Assembly: GCF_037042905.1 (NCBI RefSeq)
Contig: NC_087245.1
Span: 27,034,001-27,098,000, forward strand
Length of the DNA stretch: 64,000 bases
Source of the DNA: Lytechinus pictus
Lineage: Eukaryota
Direction: 5' to 3'
Shown one piece after another: positions 38,370-49,100 of this stretch (the first letter of the stretch is position 1; every line of letters begins with the position of its first letter). Under the pieces are notes generated by a model. It did not search any database. It worked only from the letters and a program-made list of their open reading frames with translations, and had not been told where the DNA came from. The translations under genes and the position numbers were made by a program.

Positions 38370-39709
38370 AAGATCCGGTTTCAGAACAGAAGCTCTTTTG
38401 GAGAAGTGGAAGCGCACAACTTATGAACTAAAACTTGCCCATCGATCGGGATCTCCTGCCAAAACAAAATTGAAAGAGGTTAAGGATGAACTAAATGAAT
38501 CACTGGAAGAGCTCCTTGATTCTAGGAAGGTTCTTGGCGAGTTGAAAGAAAAAAAATAAATTGAATTGGAGGACAAAGCGTTTGTATATAACAAAAATAA
38601 AGTACAATCGAAACAGAGAGGTAGAACGAAAAGAAAATGTGTATCCAGCAAGGCACATAAGAGACAACAAAAAAAGCAAACAATTTATACTGTAAAGTCA
38701 GAAATGAATTCTGTCGCATGTTCATATGCTACTCCCCTTAGTTTCCGTTTCAAGAATGAATTTAACGAAGAAGTAGAGGTCCATTTTCCACCTGGAAAGC
38801 AGATATCTGAAAATTGTACAACAGATAAGCTCGATGATATTCATATTAGATTCTTCCAAGGAGGAGAAACCATGAGCTGGCTCAATCTAAACATTCTAGA
38901 TTAGGGACTCGGAACATGGCGACGCTCGTAGCAACGTAGAGCTCTCAGACGTTTTGGGACGACATGAGCCATTATGATGGCAACCATTCGTAAAATTGAT
39001 ATTTATCATTAATTCTAATCGTTACCAAGGTACCACTGATTCTTATCAGTTTGTTTAATAACGAAATTAGCTGTAGATCAAACCTTAGTCATGTAGATTT
39101 AGTGATTTTTATTGCATTTTCCACCATTATCTTTTTTTTATCAAGTTATGGGTTATTTGGTTGCCATGGTAACGCATGAAATGGCATTTAACTATTCTTA
39201 CATGGGTAGCAACAATCACTTTCTTGATCAGAAGCGATAAGGGAAAAAGGGGGAAAATTCAGATTCTACATTTTAAATCAAAATATTTATTTTTCTAGGG
39301 GAAAAGCCGTTACCATGGCAACCGTGTAATTTCAACTATTGGGATGACTTTAAATTTCTAGAAGTATTACTATTTATTGAATTGGAAGCTTAAAACTGTA
39401 AGATTGGGTAATTTATACCATGTTTATTTACCATTGAAAGGGATTATTTTTGAGAAAATAATCCGTTGCCATGGCAACCACCAAAGACAAGCATAATCGT
39501 GTTCAGCACCCTCTAAATAGGGGAAATGGAACAAAAATCAGATTCTAAGAAATTTTGAAAGAATTTTTTTGAAAACCAACTAGGAGCTGTGTACTATAAT
39601 GCGGCCTGGCAGGGATGAATTGCCCTGTTTGGTAATGGCGGCCGGTTTACATGGTCGGCACACGATTTGCCCGCAGTCAGCGCTCTAGCTACGCTTTATC
39701 CAACTCTAT

Positions 39710-40008
39710 GGGTTTAAAGTAAACCCTGCTTTAAAGTTGTGGTTTAACTATGGAGGGCCAATTGGAGCGAAAATCCCTTACAGTTCACATTCAATTAATT
39801 AACGGATATGACACCCAAATTGTTTGTAATTGTCTGGGAATGATAACTATAGCATTATTCTTCATTATGAAAGCAAAAGGAAACAAAATAGTAAACATAA
39901 GAAATATACAATATAAACAGAATTTTTGAATTTTTGGCTCCCATAATTTTAGCACAGAGTTAGACCATGGTCTACATGTAAGTTAGACCTGACTTCAGAA
40001 TACGGGCC
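39710..40008. mobile_element. Harbinger-type MITE, left end truncated
   Basis: Ends TCAGAATACGGGCC, the reverse complement of the GGCCCGTATTCTGA terminus seen at 20657. Confidence 0.6.
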
Positions 40009-40389
40009 AATATGTTTTATAGGGGAAGGGCACAATTCTCCATAATGGCAAAAACAGTTTAAAATTAAAGTGACACCATTTTTGTTTAAGTTGTAAAGTT
40101 AGAGCATTCTTGCCCGATAATAATGTTTATACAGACCTACTGACATAGAAGGGAGACATTCAATGACTGTTTGTAAAAATTAATGTATATTTTGTTCTTT
40201 ATCCTTTTCATCATCAGGTCCCAGTGACTGCTCACCCACCGGCTCACCTGCTTCTCGACCTTTTGAGGACATCTTCGACAACCATCTTGACATGACGCAC
40301 AGACCAAAGACTTGTGACATCTCCACCGACACAACTGACCTACCAAAGACTTCCCACTTCCAACCCAACACCACTGACAGATGTGGGAC

Positions 40390-40840
40390 ACCCCTATTTA
40401 TAGAATAGAAAATCCTTTGTTTCCAAAGGGGCAGTGGGCAACCTTTTGGCTTGGCTTGGCATTCTTACTGTACAAGCTACAACTACAAACAAGTGGCCTG
40501 ACCAACTCTCATCTTTTACTTTTCTTTTAAAGGTAAGCTTGCAACTATTTCTTACTGTACAAGCTACAACTACAAACAAGTGGCCTGACCAACTCTCATC
40601 TTTTCCTTTTCTTTTAAAGATTGCTTGAGTGAATGCTCATGTTTGTGGTGTTATAAGCTTCTACAGTAAAGTGCTGATACCCCTATTTATAGAATAGAAG
40701 GTCCTTTGTTTCCAAAGGGGCAGTGGGCAACCTTTTGGCTTTGCTTGGCATTATTACTGTACAAGCTACAACCACAAACAAGTGGCCTGACCAACTCTCA
40801 TCTTTTACTTTTCTTTTAAAGATTGCTTGAGTGAATGCTC
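40390..40840. repeat. Nested local duplications (a ~87-bp core x3 within two longer copies)
   Basis: TTACTGTACAAGCTACAAC..AAGTGGCCTGACCAACTCTCATC x3; CCCTATTTATAGAATAGAA x2. Confidence 0.85.
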
Positions 40841-40909
40841 GAGAGTGAGGGAGGCTACACAGACATTCGACCCTGGGACACCAACTTGACATGACTGCTT
40901 GATAAGACG

Positions 40910-41490
40910 AGACCCGCGACGACGTACTTGAGAAACTACTGACTGACCATTCACCAGACTCACCTTTGGCGAAATTCATGTCTCATCTAAAGAGTGAGAA
41001 CCGATGTATACTGAACGCCAACCAATGCCTACTAGACACAAACCGACGACTAACAGACGAGAATGTGACCCTCCGTGCTCAGGTAGAGGCTACTCGACTA
41101 AGGACCCAACGACCGAACACGACTACCATTGACGAGAGGTGATGATCGGCATACCTAGGGCGAGTTGGGGGATGGCAAAGAGCGACTGTAACGAGGCCTA
41201 CGACAAGTCCTCCACTGCAAAGGAGCTGATCCTAAAACTCATGGGGAAGGTCCTAACAAGGGAAGAGCTGGCTAGGTGCAATTTTTACAGATGCCAGGTA
41301 TACAACGGCAAAGAAATGGTCACCAAGGAGAGTCTGAGCACAAAGGTTTCATTCCAGGCGATCGTAGCCCAAGCAGCTGGTTTATCCTGGTGGGACTTCC
41401 ACTCAAGCCTTTCAGAAAGACATCCGCATCGCTGTTAATGCTAGATGTAGGCGCGCAGACTATGTTTTGAGACATATGAAGGACCACTGA
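40910..41490 (+). pseudogene. Coiled-coil + BEN-domain-like ORF, copy 2 (includes the C-terminus)
   Basis: As copy 1, continuing after a frameshift to AFQKDIRIAVNARCRRA..*. Confidence 0.6.
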
Positions 41491-41565
41491 GCCTAAACCT
41501 TTGGTATAAGTGTATAAGTTCACTTCTAAGTATTGTACTTGGTAGATGTGCAGTTATTTTACCAC

Positions 41566-42215
41566 TTGTATTTATGTATATTGTCATTTAAGTAGATTGC
41601 GATTTTCAACTACTTATTTGATTCATGTAGCTATTCTTTTTTCGTATTATGAATTTCCATAATTGTGTTGTGATTTAAATATTTCAATAATTTGGATGTG
41701 ATTGAGTGAACACATATATTTCAGTTGTATTGTATATTGTCATTTAAGTAGTTGCAATTTTCAACTACTTATTTGATTCATGTAGCTAAATATTCTTTAT
41801 TTTATATTATGAATTTCCATAATTGTGTTGTGATTTAAATATTTCAAAAAATTTGTTGTGATTGAGTGAACACATATATTTCAGTTGTATTTATGTATAT
41901 TGTCATTTAAGCAGATTGAAATTTTCAACTACTTATTTGATTCATGTAGTTAAATATTCTTTATTTTATATTATGAATTTCCATAATTGTGTTGTGATTT
42001 AAATATTTCAATAATTTTGTTGTGATTGAGTGAACACATATATTTCAGTTGTATTTATGTATATTGTCATTTAAGCAGATTGAAATTTTCAACTACTTAT
42101 TTGATTCATGTAGTTAAATATTCTTTATTTTATATTATAAATTTCCATAATTGTGTTGTAATTTAAATATTTCAATAATTTTGTAGTGATTGAGTGAACA
42201 CATATATTTCAGTGC
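41566..42215. repeat. AT-rich ~160-bp tandem repeat, 4 copies
   Basis: TGTATATTGTCATTTAAG..GATTGAGTGAACACATATATTTCAG occurs four times. Confidence 0.9.
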
Positions 42216-45200
42216 AATAAATATTAATCAATGCGTTCAAGATTCTGTCTGTTTGATTCATTAATTAGGAGACTATTTGAATATTTAGAGATTCATGGAG
42301 GGATATTGAAAGTAGATCTGCATGAGTTGAGTGCATCACACTGAGAGAGTAGGCCTGTGAGATTGTACACGTTTTCAGTTGGTATATCTATCTCCGCCCT
42401 GAACAATAGAGTCCTAAAAGTATGACACCACTTCCCTTTTTCCTAAGTTTTACTCTTCTCACCCTTTTTTGACATTTAATTGATTTGATATAGCATGATT
42501 ACACCCTCTCAAAAAGTTAGAACATAAGTAGTATAAAGTTTGCATGACTCTACATGTCAATATTTTAAAGGCCAGATATATCCCCCTAGCATTGAAAAAA
42601 AAAAGGCTAAAATAAAAATCAGAAATAAAGAAGGAGGAGATTTTCTTTAAAAAAAAAGACAATATGAAAGATTTTTGCACAATGTTCTCTGCCCCACCCT
42701 CATTCTCTACCCCGTTCTCTGTCTCTTATTTCTTTCCTTTCACCCATCCTAGTTTTAAACCCCCCTGAACCATATGTTCACAGGTTCACACAGTCCCACA
42801 CCCCTATTCCAGGAGTCTATGTATATTTCTGAAAATATAAGAATGCATTTTTGACATTATTTTCAATTTATTTGTAAGTGGTGTGGGCAAGTTGGGTATG
42901 TGTACTTTACTCTCATCCTCAGCACCAAAAGGAGTATGGGGGGAGGAAATAAGGGGGCATGAAAAGAAATTTGGATCTAAGGTACAAGCTCGAATCATGC
43001 ATCAAAAGTTGGATTCTAATTGAAAGAGGAGGTAAAATCAAGGAGTTGGTTCATGATGAAGACATGCATAAAAACGTGAGAACTACAGTGTATGTCACTG
43101 AGAGTAATGAAAGAAAAAAAAACCTCCAAATGAAAAATAAATCAAGAATTTTTTTTTACCTTTTTGCCATGCTTAAAATTTGCTAGGACGTTATTCTGAA
43201 TCGCAAATATATGTCCAATATTTTCTCCAATGATGTCCAAATTGTAAAAACGGCATATCGTACATTATCTACGCTTTTATGGATAGAAAGTAGTTGTATT
43301 TCAATAATAAATGTTACGACAGCCCATACCTTCCGAGATACTTAAAAACGGTTTTATCTATTTTACATGTAAATAAATGATGTAAAAGGCATTAAAAACA
43401 GACTTGACGTTATGATTTTCATGACTATGTAGAATTAAATGTTCACATGACAATAGCGTCCTCGTAAACGTTCTCAGAAAAAAAAAATTTTAAGTCACAA
43501 TTAGGTTTTACGTTTCAAGAGAGAACACCGCATGTGATGTCTATGACTGCTCTCTTTACTTTAGACGTTATGATTTTAAAAGACAATGTCATCCGTAACA
43601 TCGCACAACTTTTTACACCATAATTTGTTGCTGGTGATTCCTTAGGTTTAAGAGGTTATTTCATTCACATGAATTCATGAAATAGTGCTCTTTCAAGCAA
43701 CTTTGATTTTTCCGTTTTGGATTAAAAAAACTGAAAGATATAAAAACAACAAATTAGACGTTGAAGTTGTTTTTATATTTTCATTTTCTTTTACCCAACA
43801 ATAAACTAATATGCAAGAGTTGAAAAAAAAGAAAAATGTTAATTTTAATGTTAATCTGAACCAGTTAACCTATGTGTTTGCCCCTCTAAAACACATAAAA
43901 ATCAAGCCTAGTGACTACTTTATTTTTTCGACCCCTAGCCCTTTGTCCAAACCGGAATGGTCCAAATGTTGATCCGGCCACAAACTCTGTATACGTGCAC
44001 GCCGAACGCGGACCTCATTTTGTGTGAAGTGCACGCAAGCGCGCTCTGGTGTGTGTATCGCGTGTATGTGAAATTGCACTATTCAGTTTATTCTTGTGCG
44101 ACGCTCCGGCATTTTTTTGAAAAAATTATGAAATTAAACATTGTTAAAATTAGAGGTAATTAATATGCTTAGAATAATAGATAATCATTTCTTTTTTGTG
44201 ATTGATTTCAGCATTGATGTTACAAGAATTAAAAAACTAGGATGATCCAATGCAGCACTAACTTTTTATACCACTTTATGTGCAGCAAGTCCAATTTGAG
44301 AAAAACGCATCTGAAAATTTGAATTTACATAGATAACATAACATAACATAAGTATAATAATAAAGAAAAGTATATCAGGAAACTGTATGCCTAACGCAAA
44401 AAAAAAAAGAAAAAAAAATCTCAGTGATTTCGCTTTTTATACCAAGATGATTGTGTTTAATGTGAATTTGTTATCAAATTTTCAAAGTGTTTTAATGTAT
44501 TCATACTTAATGCAAGATCTCCTAATGATTTTTCCCTATGTACTAAAAAGCTTGTTGGTGATTATCAAGCATTGCAACAGCTGACATGTTCATGCAAGTG
44601 GCATATCTCCCAAATTTGACATTGTGAATACTGTCCCATTTGGGGAACTACAAGGTAAAAAGTACTTTACTTGTAGAGAATAAAAATGCATGAATTCAAA
44701 ACATTATGAAACTTGTCTCTTGAATGCCAACTGAGAGCACTTCTGTTGCGATAGATTTGGCCTAAATTTTTTTCAAAGATTTAAATATAATACCTGATTG
44801 GAATTGTTTGGATGGGAGGTAAAATCTGTATCAAGTATTAAGAGTTTCAGAGTAGAGTTCTAATTCACTAGAGAGAATCACACTGGCAATTGTTAACCTT
44901 GCAAGTACAATTTTAGATGGTTCAGATGGGTACTACGTTGCTACAAATTTACAAGTCATAACATCATTTCAAAGTTGCATGACTTTTGCTATGACATCAA
45001 ACAATACAAATCTCTAAGATTCACTGATCTCATGTCATAAATGCTATGCTTATTCTTAGCCATGCTTGTAAAAAAAAAATCATTAAAAAGGAGACTGCTT
45101 GAGAGAGTTATAAAGTTGACCTAAGTAAGTACCATGAATGCATTGTAGGGCTAATGCAAAAAACATAGAGTGGTGACTGACATTTTCAAAACACATCTTG

Positions 45201-45499
45201 AATAAATCCTTCTGAAGACTTTCAAGAAGAATGTGACATAGACTCTGATTTTCAGGAATTCCTGATCCATGAAAAACCTGTTATACCATCAGCCCAGTCT
45301 GATAAAGTTGAAACAAACTTTATCACAAACTACTAGATAATTTTCCTCCTTTTTCCCCCTTTCACTCGTAAGCAAGGTCAATTACACACTCTCCAAATAA
45401 TAATTATTCTGATTTCTTTCTGAACTTGTATATCCTACCACTCATACACTTCTTACTTGAGCCTGTACGGACCATTTCTGCACTCTGCTGTGATGTGTT

Positions 45500-46160
45500 G
45501 TGTTGATAAATCCTTCAACGTACAGCCTTCAGCAGCACTTTCGTATTCTTTGATCTCACAACACACAATCAGACTTGCTCTTGACAGTCTCTGTCATCCA
45601 GTGCTGTGCTCATCAATCATCACCCTTTTGCAGCCCTCTCGTAGTCTCTGATGACTCTGTAATCACCAACACACCATCAGACTTGTTTTGGACCATCTAT
45701 GTCTTTGATCATCAATCCTCAACCTTCAGCAGCTGTCTCGTATCTGATCTCTCTCATATAACAAGATATGATCAGACTTACTTTGGACCATCTCTGTCAT
45801 CCAGTGCTGTGCTCATTAATCCTCAACCTTCTGCAGCCCTGTCATAGTCTCTGATGACTCTCCAATCACTAACAAACCACCAGATTTGTTTTGGACCATC
45901 TATGTCTTTGATCATCAATCCTCAACCTTCAGCAGCTGTCTCGTATCTGATCTCTCTCTTATTAACAAGATATGATCAGACTTACTTTGGACCATTTCTG
46001 TCATCCAGTGCTAAGCTCATTGATCCTCAACCTTCTGCAGCCCTGTCATAGTCTCTGATGACTCTCCAATCACTAACAAACCACCAGACTGGCTTTGGAC
46101 CATCTCTGTCTCTGATCATCACTCCTCAACCTTCAGCAGCACTCTCATAGTCCCTGATGA
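45500..46160 (-). repeat. ~100-bp tandem array (alternating dimer of ~204 bp) overlapping the tubulin stop codon and 3' UTR
   Basis: CCTCAACCTTC(A/T)GCAGC-like motif at ~45520, 45620, 45716, 45821, 45920, 46025 and 46124. Confidence 0.85.
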
Positions 46161-46197
46161 CTTGATTCACTGTTGCAAATGCCTCTTCAAATTCCGT
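46126..46197 (-). CDS. TUBZ1: Zeta-tubulin last exon (TEFEEAFATVNQVIRDYESAAEG*)
   Basis: TTTTAG acceptor, phase 0, TGA at 46126-46128. Confidence 0.85.
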   Translation of the reverse strand, partial: TEFEEAFATVNQVIRDYESAAEG

Positions 46198-49100
46198 CTA
46201 AAAGATTTTTCAAGGAAAAGATTGTATGATACAAATATTACAGGTATTTAAAGATACTATCAATCTCATCTATGAAAATCCATCAATGTCATGAATCTTG
46301 ATATAGGGAATATCTCTTTTCATTATATTTATAGAGAGGAGCAATTTATTTGGTCAAAACAATGATGCATACAGAAGTATACAGTACATGATGTCTAAAA
46401 ACTTTCAGAAATGATGTATGCAATCTATTCGCTTGATTCTTCTTCCATTCTGGTACAGTCCACCCCTACCATGTTATCGTAATGCATTATCATAGCTTGA
46501 TATAGGTGTACTCGATTGGATCAATCGCAACTCTTTTTTTAAGATGGGGACTTTTTTCTTTTAATTCAAGGGCCTTGTATACTTGCCTCATCACAGCTGT
46601 ATCTTTGGTACCAGTGTAGAAAAGCTCTGGCATCATACATGGAACGTGCTCTCGACTGTACCCTCTGCATCATGCTCACAATCCTACTAGTATTCACACA
46701 CATGGTCATGGAAGACGTGTCCTTTGGTAAAACTCCTTGCTGCTTTCCTACAACATGCAGGAAACAAATCAAGACATTCAAAATTAATCTTCTGAGATGT
46801 CTATGGAATGAGACAGAAAATACTTCAAATGATAACAAGATTACATCTTAATTAGTGTAAGGATTTGGATAATCAACTGATAAAACTAATGATTCTACGA
46901 AAACTATTTTAAGTATATTCTTGCTGTTTGGAAAAATTTTCACACAAAAAATCAAAAGCTGAATAAGAATTACAACAAAAGATGTGCAAAGGCATTTGTT
47001 GATGATAAACTCTAACTTACTGTTAGTGATGTAAGATATAAAATGTTACAGGTTATTCAATATACAATGATTGCAAATACTTAGGATTAAAAAAAAAAAA
47101 AATTAAACGAGCGTTTATAATAAAATTGAAACAGAATTATACCACAAACTAAATTGTAAACATGTACAATATCTCAAGTTGCTGTATGTCCTTAAATCCC
47201 TCAAATGACCAAACTTCCTAATTGTAACAGCCCTGACACCTTCAAATCTGAACTCAGAGCCTATCTTTTCCAACAACATGCAGCATTAAAAATAAACATA
47301 AAATGAATGAAACAAGAAAGCCATAGATTCCACATGAATACAAGAATTACCTATCCAAAAGTCAATGGGGAACGGATTCCACTCCACAAAGCCAAGAGCT
47401 GCTTTGAGTTTTCTCTCAATGACTGAAAGACTGGTCATAAAGGTAGATGTTGGGTCTCCTCTTACTGCTACCAGTGATGCAAGCGAAGAATACTGAATCA
47501 AACACAGCCTTGCAGTCAAGGAAATTAATATTGGAGCAATTCCAGAAAATAGTCTAATCCTTTGGTACAACCCCCATTTTTCTTCATTTTTATTTCACTT
47601 CATGAACTGCTAAGGCCATAAGTGTGCCAAAACCTTTCATATCCTGACAAATATTTTCAGAAAGGTCCCACACACTGTATAGGGAATCGGACATTGATTC
47701 ATAATAACATTGCCACTCGAATACTGTATACACATGACAGAAAACACAAATTTGGGTTTTGAATGTCAGTTTAGTTCTGTTACAAGCCTCTGAACATGGG
47801 CCATATGATTCGCTGAGAAAAATAATCATCATAGAATTCAAGCCATTAGAACTAAACGGCGACGTTTCACAAAGCTATTTGTACGTTACGCACAACTAAA
47901 TGCATAACTTTATAACTTTTCGCACAACTTGTGACCCTTTCTAGGGTGCTTAAATCAGATTCTCAATCATTTTGATTCCCATCAGCTGATGTTGAAATCT
48001 GATTTTTGTAGACTAAAATCCTGATTCCAAGCATCTGTGTAGAAAATCTAATGTTTGTTGGGTTTTATGATTATCATTATTATTTAACTAGCACTTCTAT
48101 TATATTACGAAACGGAAAACTCAAAGATATCTTGTTGAACACAAGAAAGCTTCAAATGTCATGCATGAAGTTATGTTACAAGCAGCTTTACAAAAGAGCC
48201 CCATGGATGGATCAAAGGGAGCAGGCAATTCATGCTGTAGTAACATGCCATGAGGGGCTCTGACTGTCAGTTAGGTACTAGATAAAAGGATACATGTTGT
48301 CCATCTGTGTCGTATCTGACAGCACTCTGGATTAGATTGGTAGTCATTGCCTCCCATGTGGATTTACTATTTAAAAATATAAAATAGGACAGTCATCACT
48401 CAACAATAATTGAATATAACTAATAAGTGATATTAGTGCTTTATATCCATTGGTCTACAAGCAATTGGTATACTTCTCAGATACACTGCCACAGGGGCTA
48501 AATGCATTTGGTTTATTGTTAATTTGGTTTGAACTAAACTTATCCTAATACCCAATTAGTCTAATTCCATGGTTGGTCTAATTTTTACTTGGAGGCACGG
48601 TAGCTCAGTCGGTAGAGCGGGGGATTCGTATTCCGGTGACCCGGGTTCGATTCCCACTTGGTGCGCTAGTGCCCTTTGGTAAGGCATTAATCCTCAGTAC
48701 CAGGTCCTTCGGAGAGGACCTTAAGCCGTCGGTCCACTGATTGCTTGCTTACAAGCATTCATGCTTTCTAAGCAATCAGGTAAAAAAATCACCACCACCA
48801 CCTATTATCATTGTTCTACCTTGTAAAATGAAAATTTAGTTCATTAGTTCATCTAACAATATAGACTAAGGGGGTGTTGTAAGAAAATATTTGAAATCAA
48901 TTGCAAATTTCAGCTGCAAATTTCCAGGTGATGGATCAAGTTTAACTAAAGCATCAATTTATACTTCTTGATGCAAGAAGCAGACCATCAATCAATTGCA
49001 ACTGTGCAATGAAATGCATAAATTTCAATTGATTATTGGACCTAAAATTGACTTGCGATCAATTGCAAGTTTCTTGTAACACCCCATAAGTGGTGTTAGA

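Noticed and set aside
20657..40008. A 19-kb Harbinger bounded by GGCCCGTATTCTGA and TCAGAATACGGGCC
   Set aside because: The match is only the short family-wide terminus, flanking trinucleotides differ, and the right end belongs to a local MITE.
837..41490. One giant Helitron/Polinton carrying co-oriented cargo, or a single spliced host gene
   Set aside because: No Rep/helicase, PolB, capsid or bounding termini recognised, and fragments carry stops and frameshifts. Not fully excluded because the left boundary lies outside the window.
48591..48665. tRNA gene
   Set aside because: A and B boxes are present but run into a SINE core and tail; no convincing acceptor stem.
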